Below are positions 24,101 through 36,785 of a stretch of 64,000 nucleotides of DNA, one piece after another. The translations under genes were made by a program, and so were the position numbers. The stretch is taken from positions 6,574,001 through 6,638,000 of the forward strand of contig NC_058369.1 in the NCBI RefSeq assembly GCF_018350175.1, written 5' to 3'. This stretch comes from Felis catus. Its lineage: Eukaryota. The notes below the pieces were generated by a model, which saw only the letters and a program-made list of their open reading frames with translations, was not told where the DNA came from and did no database searches. The number at the start of each line of letters is the position of its first letter. Within the stretch, counting starts at the first letter, position 1.

Positions 24101-26702
24101 ATCAATGAAACCAAGAGTTGGTCTTTTAAAAAAAAAATTTAAACAAAATTGATAAACCTCAATCCAGGCTTCTCAAAAAGAAAAGAGAGAGGACTCAAAT
24201 AGATAAAATCACAAATGAAAATGGAATGATTACAACCAATCCCTCAGAAATACAAGCAATTATCAGGGAATACTATGAAAAATTATATGCCAACAAACTG
24301 GACAACCTGGAAGAAATGGACAAATTCCTAAGCACCCACACACTCCCAAAACTCAAACAGGAAGAAATAGAAAACTTGAATAGACCCATAACCAGCGAAG
24401 AAATTGAATCAGTTATCAACAATATCCCAACAAATGAGAGTCCAGGACCAGATGGCTTCCCAGGGGAGTGCTACCAAACATTTAAAGCAGAGATAATACC
24501 TATCCTTCTCAAGCTGTTCCAAAAAATCGAAAGGGAAGGAAAACTTTCAGACTCATTCTATGAAGCCAGCATTACTTTGATTCCCAAACCAGACAGAGAC
24601 CCAGCAAAAAAAGAAAACTACAGGCCAATATCCCTGATGAATATGGATGCAAAACTTCTCAACATGACACTAGCAAATCGAATTCAACAGCATATAAAAA
24701 GAATTATTCACCACAATCAAGTGGGATTCATTCCTGGGCTGCAGGGCTGGTTCAAGATTAGCAAATCAATCAATGTGATACATCACATTAATAAAAGAAA
24801 AGATAAGAACCATGTGATCCTGTCAATCGATGCAGAAAAAGCATTTGACAAAATTCAGCATCATTTCTTAATAAAAACCCTCGAGAAAGTTGGGATAGAA
24901 GGAACATACTTAAATTTCATAAAAGCCATTTATGAAAAGCCCACAGCTAATATCATCCTCAATGGGGAAAAACTGAGAGCTTTTTCCCTGAGATCAGGAA
25001 CATGACAGGGATGTCCACTCTCACCAACATACTGTTGGAAGTTCTAGCATCAGCAATCAGACAAAAAAATGAAATCAAAGGCATCAAAATTGGCAATGAT
25101 GAAGTCAAGTTTTCACTTTTTGCAGGTGACATGATATTATACATGGAAAACCCGATAGACTCCACCATAAGTCTGCTAGAACTGATACATGAATTCAGCA
25201 AAGTCACAAGATAGGAAATTAATGTACAGAAATCAGTTGCATTCTTATATACTAATAATGAAGCAACAGCAAGACAAATAAAGAAACTGATCCCATTCAC
25301 AATTGCACCAAGGACCATAAAATACCTAGGAATAAACCTAACCAAAGATGTAAAAGATCTGTATGCAGAAAATTATAGAAAGCTTATGAGGAAAATTGAA
25401 GAAGATACAAAGAAATGGAAAAACATTCCGTGCTCATGGATTGGAAGAATATTGTTAAAATGTCAATACTATCCAAAGCAATCTACACATTCAATGCAGT
25501 TCCAATCAAAATTGCACCAGCATTCTTCTTGAAGCTAGTACAAGCAATCCTAAAATTTGTATAGAACCACAAAAGACCCCAAATAGCCAAAGTAATATTG
25601 AAGAAGAAACCAAAGCGGGAGGCATCACAATCCCAGACTTTAGTTCCTACTACAAAACTGTAATCATCAAGACAGCATGGTATTGGCACAAAAACAGACA
25701 CATAGACCAATGGAATAGAATAGAGACTCCAGAACTGGACCCACAATTGTATGGCCAACTAATCTTTGACAAAGCAGGAAAGAATACCCAATGGAAAAAA
25801 GACAGTCTGTTTGTCAAATGGTCCTGGGAGAACTAGACAGCAACATGCAGCAGAATGAAACTAGACCACTTTCTTACACCATTCACAAAAATAAATGCAA
25901 AATGGATGCAGGACCTGAATGTGAGACAGGAAACCATCAAAACCCTAGAAGGGAAAGCAGGAAAAACCACTCTGACCTCAGCTGCAGCAATTTATTACTT
26001 GACACATCTCCAAAGGCAAGGGAATTAAAAGCAAACATGAACTATTGGGACCTCATGAAGGTGAAAAGCTTCTGCACAGCAAAGGAAACAATCAACAAAA
26101 CTAAAAGGCAATCGATGGAATGGGAAAAGATATTTGCAAATGACAGACATATCAGACAAGGGCTAGTAACCAAAATCTATAAAGAACTCACCAAACTCCA
26201 CCCCCCCCCCAAAAAAAACCCCAAATAATCCAGTGAAGAAATGGGCAGAAGACATGAATAGGCACTTTCCTAAAGAAGAGATCCAGATGGCCAACAGGCA
26301 CATGAAAAGATGCTCAACGTCACTCCTCATCAGGGAAATACAAATCAAAACCACACTGAGATATCATCTCATGCTGGTCAGAGTGGCTAAAATGAATAAA
26401 TCAGGAGACTATGGATGCTGGAGAGGATGTGGAGAAACGGGAACCCTCTTGCACTGTTGGTGGGAATGCAAACTGGTGCAGCCACTCTGCAAAACAGTGT
26501 GAAAGTTCCTCAAAAAATTAAAAATAGAACTACCCTATGACCCAGCAATAGCACTGCTAGGAATTTACCCAAGGGATACAGGAGTGCTGATGCATAGGGA
26601 CACATGTACCACATGTTTATAGCGGCACTTTCAACAATAGTCAAATTATGGAAAGAGCCTAAATGTCCATCAACTGATGAATGGATAAAGAAGATGTGGT
26701 TT
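21156..26702 (+). mobile_element. Near-full-length felid L1 (5'UTR, ORF1, ORF2; inactive; 3'UTR missing)
   Basis: GC-rich 5'UTR starting gaggaagatggc; ORF1 (MMKQKNSQKK...LKNAINE); ORF2 EN, RT ([13 protein letters not shown]) and C-terminal CWRGCGE..LHCWWEC; several stops and frameshifts. Confidence 0.96.
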
Positions 26703-27178
26703 CAGCAAAGGAAACAACCAACAAAACTAAAAGGCAACCAACGGAATGGGAAAAGATATTTGCAAATGACATATCAGACAAAGGGCTAGTATCCAAAATC
26801 TATAAAGAGCACACCAAACTCCACACCCGAAAAACAAATAACCCAGTGAAGAAATGGGCAGAAAACATGAATAGACACTTCTCTAAAGAAGACATCCGGA
26901 TGGCCAACAGGCACATGAAAAGATGCTCAACGTCGCTCCTCATCAGGGAAATACAAATCAAAACCACATTCAGATATCACCCCACGCCAGTCAGAGTGGC
27001 CAAAATGAACAAATCAGGAGACTATAGATGCTGGAGAGGATGTGGAGAAACGGGAACCCTCTTGCACTGCTGGTGGGAATGCAAATTGGTGCAGCCACTC
27101 TGGAAAACAGTGTGGAGGTTCCTCAAAAAATTAAAAATAGACCTACCCTATGACCCAGCAATAGCACTGCTAGGAATT
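26703..27178 (+). mobile_element. Second L1 ORF2 3' fragment fused to the previous L1
   Basis: Sequence jumps back to cagcaaaggaaacaacc (AKETTNK) and repeats ORF2 with different diagnostic bases; ends abruptly at ctaggaatt. Confidence 0.9.
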
Positions 27179-27203
27179 GGTTTCCTAACACTGGGTGGAG
27201 AGG

Positions 27204-27211
27204 GATGATGG

Positions 27212-27246
<35 letters not shown>

Positions 27247-27247
27247 G
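27204..27247 (+). repeat. (ATG)n microsatellite
   Basis: About 14 gat/atg units with one interruption. Confidence 0.95.
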
Positions 27248-27586
27248 GTATGTTAATTATTTCTAGAAGGAATGGGATTGTATGTCTTGCAGAGTTTTAT
27301 ACAGTTTGCATTTTGTTTATTGCAATTCCACGGTTTCACTTAACATTTCAGTCTGGCATCTGTTGTTCCAAGGGGAATAATAGTTGGAAATGAAGTCTTG
27401 ATCAGGTTCATGTTCTGTTTTACAGAAAGATGCATTCTAAGGTGGTTTTGTGAGCATCCATCAGCAGGCAACTGTTATCTTGGAAGAATCTATTTTTGAA
27501 GTTAACAAGCACTCTTATCTTCCATGGATCCAGTATCATTAGTAGTTGCAAATAGTGATATTCAAGTTATATTATCCTGTCATTTA

Positions 27587-27811
27587 TTTTTTAAAAATTT
27601 TTTTTCAACGTTTATTTATTTTTTGGGGGACAGAGAGAGACAGAGCATGAACGGGGGAGGGGCAGAGAGAGAGGGAGACACAGAATCGGAAACAGGCTCC
27701 AGGCTCTGAGCCATCAGCCCAGAGCCTGACGCGGGGCTCGAACTCACGGACCGCGAGATCGTGACCTGGCTGAAGTCGGACGCTTAACCGACTGCGCCAC
27801 CCAGGCGCCCC
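27587..27811 (-). mobile_element. Young felid CanSINE
   Basis: Canonical body; TSD tatcctgtcattta. Confidence 0.97.
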
Positions 27812-28504
27812 TATCCTGTCATTTATTACACGGAGCTCTTATACTGTTCTTTATGCCTTCAACCTTCCATAGTAGAGACATAAATTTTAGCATAAATTTG
27901 AGTTAACATTTCAACTGTTTGAACGTATTTTTTAAAAAGCAGGTAGGATAGGGAGTTGCCTACAATTCGGAGCCACAAGTGGCAAAATTAACCGGCATCT
28001 GGATGCCTCTCCAAAGATAAAGCCAGGAATGCCTGTAGAAGGAAATTATCGTGAGAAGTAATGAAAAAGACCAGAGCACCGGCTGCAGGATGACAGGCTA
28101 CGGAGATAGTTTTTGTGAGGCGGGAATTCGCTGCAGCCTGCTAGTGGGCCGGAGCTGGAATCATGGCTGAGGAAGCAGAAAGGAAGCTGTTTAGGGACCC
28201 ACCTACTCTCCCCTCGCCCACTGCGCGCTTTCCGGGGAAATTAAATTCTTGCCTCTAGCTGTGGACTTTGGTGGAGGCTGTTGTGAAAAACAGCAGTTGA
28301 TGAAAGTGTTGTCTCTTGAAATTTGAAAAGAGGATAAGGCCTGGATCTCTACTTAACTCCCATCTCCCAGGGCAAAGCTGTGGCATCTGATGAGGGTGTG
28401 CACATGGGGGCACCACTGGGCCAAGATCCAGGAGCAAGAGCTGTGCTAGAAGAGAGAGGGGTGAGCAATGAAGGACTGCAGTTGCCCAAGATGGGACTTT
28501 ATTA

Positions 28505-28925
28505 AAAAAAAAAAAAAAAAAAAAAAGTTTATTTGAGAGAGCGAGTGAGCATGAACAGGGAAGGGGCAGATACAGAATCCGAAGTAGGCTCCTGGCTCTG
28601 AGCTGTCAGCACAGAGCCTGATGTGGGGCTCGAACTCAGGAGCTGTGAGACCATGACCTGAGCAGGTCTGCCGCCCAACCGACTGAGCGACTGAGCCACC
28701 CAGGAGCCCCTCAAGATAGGACTTTAAAATGATTCTAAGCAGGGGCACCTGGATGGCCTTGAACTTTGGCTCAGGTCATGATCTCAGAGTTTGTAGGTTT
28801 GAGCCCCACCTTGGGCTCTGTGCTGACAGCTCAGAATCTGGAGCCTGCTTTAAGATTCTGTCTCTCCCTCTCTCTCTGTCCCTCACCTGCTCGTGCTCTC
28901 TCAAAAATAAATAAATGTTAAAGAA
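28505..28925. mobile_element. Two head-to-head CanSINEs (minus ~28505-28711; plus ~28742-28925)
   Basis: SINE bodies in opposite orientations; TSD attctaagc around the second. Confidence 0.9.
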
Positions 28926-28983
28926 CAAAACTATTCTAAGCGTCAAACCTTGGTATATAGCTCAGAAAATAGCTAGTCTAGGT

Positions 28984-29214
28984 CATTGGTGGCCACGAGA
29001 GAACAAATTTGTACCCCAGTGGACATTTGTCAATGACCGAAGACATTTGTCCTTGTCAAAGAGTTGAAGGAAGAGGGCCCAATTTGTCTTTGTCTCCAAG
29101 TTAGGCGTAAGAGGATTGGTCCTGGCCTCTAGCCGGTGGAGGCCAGTATTCTCAAACATCCTACAAAGCAGTCACCCAGCCCCAAATGTCCGTAGTGCCG
29201 GGACTGAGAATACC
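28984..29214 (+). mobile_element. MER20-like hAT DNA transposon
   Basis: ccccagtggacatttgtcaatg...agacattt; ctggcctctagccggtggaggccag; aaacatcctacaa; cccaaatgtccgtagtgccgggactgagaa follow the MER20 consensus. Confidence 0.8.
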
Positions 29215-29410
29215 AAGCCAAGGCCAAGGGTTAAAACACCAGCTCTGCTCAATGCAAACGCTGACGAAGCCCGCAGCAAGGGCCCTAAGAGACAGAAGCT
29301 GGGACAGGTAACGGCCACCTCGCCGAAGACGGCGTTGGTGTTAGAAGTGGACAGACGGTCAGGAGTGGGACCACAATCTGTCTCGGACCCGGGGGTCTCC
29401 TCCCAGACCC
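29215..29410 (-). mobile_element. MIR SINE (GC-shifted)
   Basis: Minus strand gagacagattgtggtcccactcctgaccgtctgtccacttctaac...cttcggcgaggtggccgttacctgtcccagcttctgtctc aligns to the MIR core CAGACAGACCTGGGTTCGAATCCTGGCTCTGCCACTTACTAG...CTTGGGCAAGTTACTTAACCTCTCTGAGCCTCAGTTTC. Confidence 0.6.
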
Positions 29411-30100
29411 CCCGGCCGGCTGGCGTGGGGCCCCTGGTACCCCGGCCGGCTTTTCCCAGGGGCCGGGTCGCGGGCGCAGCGCGGGCCAGACGCTGCACCC
29501 CAGGGCGACAGTCTCCGTTGTCGACGGACATCAGCGTCAGACCCCACGGGGTGATCGAGTCCGGAGGGGTCAGGCCGGGCGGGGTCCGCGCATCCTCGTC
29601 GCGGGCGGAGAACACGCTGCGGCCTCGGATCGAAGGGCAGCAGCAGAGAGAAGGGCAGCGGGAGGACGGCATCCGGGACCCCTGCGCGCGGTGCCCCAGG
29701 AAGGCCCGGGGACCGGCCTCCAGGGCTCCTCCCGCCCGGCACAGCCGCCCCGTTCTCCGCCACCCTCGCCTCGGCCTCGCGCTCCTGTGCCGCCAGCCTC
29801 TCCCCTTTCTGCCCCCCGCGACCTGTCTGTTCTTCCCGGCTCGGCCCCCTCCGCCACTTCTGCTCTGCCGGGTACCCGCCTCCCCCTTCGCCGGACCTCG
29901 GCTCCTTCCGCCCGCCTTCGACTCCTTTCGTATAACGCCGCCTCGCCGCCTCTCCCGCTCCTCCGTTCCGCTCCTTCCGTCGGGCTCTCCCCGCCTCGCC
30001 TCTGCATTCCGGTTTCGTGGCCACGGTTCGGCTCTTTCCGCCTCTCCCTGCCACCCTGGGCTCTGGCGGACTGTCACTGTCGGGTCGGGTTCTTGTGTCT
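29250..30100. promoter_or_regulatory. CpG island
   Basis: ~850 bp of very high GC and dense CpG in an AT-rich, L1-dominated region; no linked exon recognised. Confidence 0.85.
29660..30100 (+). mobile_element. L2 LINE 3' fragment, strongly GC-shifted
   Basis: Minus strand gaggcggcgtt...gaaggcgggcggaaggagccgaggtccggcgaag...cccggcagagcagaag...gggccttcctgggg is collinear with L2 antisense GAGGTGACATT...GAAGGATGAGAAGGAGCCAGCCATGCGAAG...CCAGGCAGAGGGAACAG...GGGCCTTGTAGG. Confidence 0.55.
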
Positions 30101-30650
30101 GTAGGCAGACGTTGTTCAGATTCAAGGCCCAGTCATAGAGGTGTGGGAGCGCCACTTCCCACATCCTGGCTAGTAACATAACGAACTTGAAAAATGAAAA
30201 GAGGAATCTCTGTATTTTACTTCGTAGTTTTCTTTTGAAGGGTTGTTGGGAATCATCTCGTCTGTTGAGACTGTTCTGTGTTTTCTGTGAGCTCTGTTCC
30301 AGCATTTACCTATTTCTCCAATGGATTCTTGGTCTTTTTCTTTGGTTTGGTAAGATCTCTAATATTAATAAATTAGCTCTTGGTGATGAGTTGCCAACAT
30401 TTTCCTTTTTTTTTTTTTTTTTTTTTGGCCTCAAGTTGTTGCCATGCAGATTTTTAAAAATGAAATCAAATGTATTAATTTTTGTTTCTTCTTCTTTTAT
30501 GTATAGTTTAAAAAGACCATCTCTCCTTTGAGATTATATATAAAATATGCCTTGGTTTCTTCTAGGACTTTAATCGCTTCCCATTTTCACATCAAATCAA
30601 ATAAAATGCTCATTTCACAGACCAACTAGTGGTTCTGACATGATTTTTTA

Positions 30651-33600
30651 TTTATTTTTTCAATATATGAAATTTATTGTCAAATTGGTTTCCATACAAC
30701 ACCCAGTGCTCATCCCAAAAGGTGCCCTCCTCAATACCCATCACCCACCCTCCCCTCCCTCCCACCCCCCATCAACCCTCAGTTTGTTCTCAGTTTTTAA
30801 GAGTCTCTTATGCTTTGGCTCTCTCCCACTCTAACCTCTTTTTTTTTTTTTTTTCCTTCCCCTCCCCCATGGGTTTCTGTTAAGTTTCTCAGGATCCACC
30901 TAAGAGTGAAACCATATGGTATCTGTCTTTCTCTGTATGGCTTATTTCACTTAGCATCACACTCTCCAGTTCCATCCACATTGCTACAAATGACCATATT
31001 TCATTCTTTCTCATTGCCACGTAGTACTCCATTGTGTATATAAGCCACAATTTCTTTATCCTTTCATCAGTTGATGGACATTTAGGCTCTTTCCATAATT
31101 TGGCTATTGTTAAGAGTGCTGCTATACACATTGGGGTACAAGTGCCCCTATGCATCAGTACTCCTGTATCCCTTGGGTAGATTCCTAGCAGTGCTGTTGC
31201 TGGGTCATAGGGTAGGTCTATTTTTAATTTTTTGAGGAACCTCCACACTGTTTTGCAGAGTGGCTGCACCAGTTTGCATTCCCACCAACAGTGCAAGAGG
31301 GTTCCCGTTTCTCCACATCCTCTCCAGCATCTATAGTCTCCTGATTTGTTCATTTTGGCCACTCTGACTGGCGTGAGGTGATATCTGAGTGTGGTTTTGA
31401 TTTGTATTTCCCTGATGAGGAGCGACGTTGAGCATCTTTTCATGTGCCTGTTGGCCATCCGGATGTCTTCTTTAGAGAAGTGTCTATTCATATTTTCTGC
31501 CCATTTCTTCACTGGGTTATTTGTTTTTTGGGTGTGGAGTTTGGTGAGCTCTTTATAGATTTTGGATACTAGCCCTTTGTCTGATATGTCATTTGCACAT
31601 ATCGTTTCCCATTCCGTTGGTTGCCTTTTAGTTTTGTTGGTTGTTTCCTTTGCTGTGCAGAAGCTTTTTATCTTCATAAGGTCCCAGTAGTTCATTTTTC
31701 CCTTTAATTCCCTTGCCTTTGGGGATGTGTCAAGTAAGAAATTGCTACGGCTGGGGTCAGAGAGGTCTTTTCCTGCTTTCCCCTCTAGGGTTTTGATGGT
31801 TTCCTGCCTCACATTCAGGTCCTGCATACATTTTGCATTTATTTTTGTGAATGGTGTAAGAAAGTGGTCTAGTTTCAATCTTCTGCATGTTGCTGTCCAG
31901 TTCTCCCAGCAACATTTGTTAAAGAGGCTGTCTTTCTTCCATTGGATGTTCTTTCCTGCTTTGTCAAAGATTAGTTGGCCATACGTTTGTGGGTCTAGTT
32001 CTGGGGTTTCTATTCTATTCCATTGGTCTATGTGTTTTTGTGCCAATACCATGCTGTCTTGATGATTACAGCTTTGTAGTAGAGGCTAAAGTCTGAGATT
32101 GTGATGCCTCCTGCTTTGGTCTTCTTCAAAATTACTTTGGCTATTCGGGGCCTTTTGTGGTTCCATATGAATTTTAGGATTGCTTGTTCTAGTTTTGAGA
32201 AGAATGCTGGTGCAATTTTGATTGGGATTGCATTGAATGTGTAGATTGCTTTGGATAGTATTGACATTTTGACAATATTTATTCTTCCAATCCATGAGCA
32301 CGGGATATTTTTCCATTTCTTTATATCTTCTTCAGTTCCCTTCATAAGCTTTCTATAGTTTTCAGCATACAGATCTTTCACATCTTTGGTTAGATTTATT
32401 CCTAGGTATTTTATGCTTCTTGGTGCAATTGTGAATGGGATCAGTTTCTTTATTTGTCTTTCTGTCGCTTCATCATTGCTGTATAAAAAAGCAACTGATT
32501 TCTGTACATTAATTTTGTACCATGCGACTTTGCTGAATTCATGTATCAGTTCTAGCAGACTTATGGTGGAGTCTATCGGATTTTCCATGTATAATATCAT
32601 GTCATCTTTAAAACGTGAAAGCTTGACTTCATCTTTGCCAATTTTGATGCCTTTGATTTCCTTTTGTTGTCTGATTGCTGATGCTAGAACTTCCAACACT
32701 ATGTTAAACAACAACGGTGAAAGTGGACATCCCTGTTGTGTTCCTGATCTCAGGGAAAAAGCTCTCAGTTTTTCCCCATTGAGGATGATATTAGCTGTGG
32801 GCTTTTCATAAATGGCTTTTATGATCTTTAAGTATGTTCCTTCTATCCCAACTTTCTAAAGGGTTTTTATTAAGAAATGTTGCTGAATTTTGTCAAACGC
32901 CTTTTCTGCATCAATTGACAGGATCACATGGTTCTTATCTTTTCTTTTATTAATGTGATGTATCACATTGATTTGCTAATGTTGAACCAGCCCTGCAGCC
33001 CAGGAATGAATCCCACTTAATCGTGGTGAATAATTCTTTTTATATGCTGTTGAATTCGATCTGCTAGTATCTTGTTGAGAAGTTTTGCATCCATATTCAT
33101 CAGGGATATTGGCCTGTAGTTCTCTTTTTTTGCTGGGTCTCTGTCTGGTTTGGGAATCAAAGTAATGCTGGCTTCATAGAATGAGTCTGGAAGTTTTTCT
33201 TCCCTTTCTATTTTTTGGAGCAGCTTGAGAAGGATAGGTATTATTTCTGCTTTAAACGTCTGGTAGCACTCCCCTGGGAAGCCATCTGGTCCTGGACTCT
33301 CATTTGTTGGGATATTTTTGATAACTGATTCAATTTTTTCGCTGGTTATGGGTCTGTTCAAGCTTTCTATTTCCTCCTGATTGAGTTTTGGAAGTGTGTG
33401 GGTGTTTAGGAATTTGTCCATTTCTTCCAGGATGTCCAGTTTGTTGGCATATAGTTTTTCATAGTATTCCCTGGTAATTGCTTGTATCTCTGAGGGATTG
33501 GTTGTAATCATTACATTTTCATTCATGATTTTATCTGTTTGGGTCCTCTCTCTTTTCTTTTTGAGAAGCCTGGCTAGAGGTTTGTCAATTTTGTTTATTT

Positions 33601-36253
33601 TTTCGAAAAACCAACTCTTGGTTTCGTTGATCTGCTCTACAGTTTTTTTAGATTCTATATTGTTTATTTCTGCTCTGATCTTTATTATTTCTCTTATTCT
33701 GCTGGGTTTAGGCTGTCTTTGCTGTTCTGCTTCTATTTCCTTTAGGTGTGCTGTTAGATTTTGTATTTGGAATTTTTCTTGTTTCTTGAGATAGGCCTGG
33801 ATTGCAATGTATTTTCCTCTCAGGACTGCCTTTGCTGCATCCCAAAGCGTTTGGATTGTTGTATTTTCATTTTCATTTGTTTCCATATATTTTTAAATTT
33901 CTTCTCTAATTACCTGGTTGACCCACTCATTCTTTAGTAGGGTGTTCTTTAACCCCCATGCTTTTGGAGGGTTTCCAGACTTTTTCCTGTGGTTGATTTC
34001 AAGTTTCATAGCATTGTGGTCTGAAAGTATGCATGGTATGATTTCAATTCTTGTATACTTATGAAGAGCTGTTTTGTGACCCAGTATGTGATCTGTCTTG
34101 GAGAATGTTCCATGTGCACTTGAGAAGAAAGTATATTGTGTTGCTTTGGGATGCAGAGTTCTAAATATATCTGTCAAGTCCATCTGATCCAATGTATCAT
34201 TCAGGGCCCTTGTTTCTTTATTGACTGTATGCCTAGATGATCTATCCATTTCTGTAAGTGGAGTGTTAAGAGTTCTAAATATATCTGTCAAGTCCATCTG
34301 ATCCAATGTATCATTCAGGGCCCTTGTTTCTTTATTGACTGTATGCCTAGATGATCTATCCATTTCTGTAAGTGGAGTGTTAAAGTCCCCTGCAATTACC
34401 ACATTCTTATCAATAAGGTTGCTTATGTTTGTGAGTAATTGTTTTATATATTTGGGGGCTCCGGTATTCGGCGCATAGACATTTATAATTGTTAGCTCTT
34501 CCTGATGGATAGACCCTGTAATTATTATATAATGCCCTTCTTCATCTCTTGTTACAGCCTTTAATTTAAAGTCTAGTTTGTCTGATATAAGTATGGCTAC
34601 TCCAGCTTTGTTTTGACTTCCAGTAGCATGATAAATAGTTCTCCATCCCCTCACTCTCAATCTGAAGGTGTTCTCAGGTCTAAAATGAGTCTCTTGTAGA
34701 CAGCAAATAGATGGGTCTTGTTTTGTTATCCATTTTGATACCCTATTTCTTTGGTTGGTGCATTTAGTCCATTTACATTCAGTGTTATTATAGAAAGATA
34801 TGGGTTTAGAGTCATTGTGATGTCTGTATGTTTTATGTTTGTAGCGATGTCTCTGGTACTTTGTCTCACAGGATGCCCCTTAGGATCTCTTGTAGGGCTG
34901 GTTTAGTGGTTACGAATTCCTTCAGTTTTTGTTTGGGAAGACCTTTATCTCTCCTTGTATTCTAAATGACAGACTTGCTGGATAAAGGATTCTCGGCTGC
35001 ATATTTTTTCTGTTCATCACATTGAAGATCTCCTGCCATTCCTTTCTGGCCTGCCAAGTTTCAGAAGAGAGATCGGTCATGAATCTTATAGGTCTCTCTT
35101 TATATGTTAGAGCATGTTTATCCCTCGCTGCTTTCAGAAATTTCTCTTTATCCTTGTATTTTGCTAGTTTCACTATGATATGTCATGCAGAAGATCGATT
35201 CAAGTTATGTCTGAAGGGAGTTCTCTGTGCCTCTTGTATTTCAATCCCGTTTTCCTTCCCCAGATCAGGGAAGTTCTCAGGTATTATTTCTTCAAGTACA
35301 CCTTCAGCACCTTTCCCTCTCTCTTCCTCTTCTGGAATACCAATTATGCATAGATTATTTCTCTTTAGTGCATCACTTAGTTCTCTAATTTTCCCCTCAT
35401 ACTCCTGGATTTTTTTTATCTCTTTTTCTCAGCTTCCTCTTTTTCCATAATTTTATCTTCTCGTTCACCTATTCTTTCCTCTGCCTCTTCAATCCGAGCC
35501 GTGGTCGTTTCCATTTTATTTTGCAGCTCATTTATAGCATTTTTAAGCTCCTCCTGACTATTCCTTAGTCCCTTGATCTCTGTAGCAATAGATTCTCTGC
35601 TGTCCTCTATACTGTTTTCAAGCCCAGTGATTAATTTTATGACTATTATTCTAAATTCACTTTCTGTTATATTGTTTAAATCCTTTTTGATCAGTTTGTT
35701 AGCTGTTGTTATTTCCTGGAGATTCTTTTGAGGGGAATTCTTCTGTTTGGTCATTTTGGATAGTCCCTGGAGTGGTGCGGAACTGCAGGGCACTTCCCCT
35801 GTGCTGTCTTGAATAACTCGTGTTGGTGGGCGGGGCCGCAGTCAGGCCTGATGTCTGCCCCCAGCCCACCACTGGGGCCACAGTCAGACTGGTGTGTACC
35901 TTCTCTTCCCCTCCCCTAGGGGCGGGATTCACTGTGGGGTGGTGTGGCCCGTCTGGGCTACTTGCACGCTGCCAGGCTTGTGGTGCTGGGGATCTGGTGT
36001 ATTAGCTGGGGTGGATTGGCAAGGTGCACGGGGGCGGGAGGGGCAGGCTCAGCTCGCTTCTCCTTTGGTGATCTGCTTCGGTAGGGGCCCCTCTTCCGTG
36101 GGCCTCTGGTCTGCACTTGGCTCCAGAGACTCTGTTCTGCTAGTCTTCTGGCGGTTTTCTGGGTTATTTAGGCAGGTGTAGGTGGAATCTAAGTGATCAG
36201 CAGGACGTGGTGAGCCCAGCGTCCTCCTATGCCGCCATCTTCCCCAGGTCCCC
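30651..36253 (-). mobile_element. Felid L1 with both ends present (inactive); 5'UTR deletion and internal duplication
   Basis: TSD ctgacatgatttttta (30635-30650 and 36254-36269); 5' end GGGGACCTGGGGAAGATGGCGGC; ORF1 and ORF2 pieces of 125-387 aa; 3'UTR and tail. Confidence 0.98.
34155..34382. repeat. Perfect 114-bp in-frame tandem duplication in the L1 endonuclease domain
   Basis: NTPLTEMDRSSRHTVNKETRALNDTLDQMDLTDIFRTL (38 aa) twice; agagtt at 34155 and 34269. Confidence 0.97.
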
Positions 36254-36378
36254 CTGACATGATTTTTTAGAACAATCCATTTTTCCTTTAGTGACTTAGC
36301 ACATCACCTGCGCCCAATTTATTATGAAAAAATTTCAAGTATGGGGATAATTTGAAAGAGTTTTACAGTGAACACTCG

Positions 36379-36758
36379 TGTTGTGGGCCGAATTCTGTCC
36401 CCTCACGTTCACATGTTGAAGCCCAAATCACTGGCACCTCCTCACATGACAATATTCCGAGGTTGAGCCTTTCAAGAATTAAGGTTAAATGAGGCCATTA
36501 GGGTGTCCTTATGAGGAGAGGAAATGAAAACATATGGACCAAGAGATGGTGGGAGCACACATACTCAGAGGGATGACCACCACACAGAGAGGCAGCAAGA
36601 GGGTGGTCATCTGCAAGCCAAGGAGAGAAGCCTCAGAAGAAGCCAACTTTGCTGGCATCTTGAGCTTGGACTTCCAGAACTGTGGGAAAGTAAATTTCTG
36701 TTGCTTAAGTCCCCCAGTCCGTGGTGTTTTGTTTAGGCGGTCCTAATGAACTCATATC
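36379..36758 (+). mobile_element. MaLR LTR (MLT1-type)
   Basis: tgttgtgggccgaattctgtcccc...catgttgaagcc; ctgcaagccaaggagagaagcctcagaag; aaatttctgttgcttaag. Confidence 0.85.
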
Positions 36759-36785
36759 CACCCCTAGATTCTACAGCATTTTTCT

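Noticed and set aside
27205..27393. Poly-Met ORF, or a poly-Asp exon ending in G|gtatgt
   Set aside because: It is an (ATG)n microsatellite; the Asp frame has a stop just upstream and no acceptor.
29116..30305. Long overlapping ORFs (340 aa +, 377 aa -, 231 aa -)
   Set aside because: Arg/Gly/Pro/Ala-rich, no domain, open in several frames on both strands. This is expected from stop depletion in GC-rich DNA, and the ORFs cross MER20/MIR/L2 relics.
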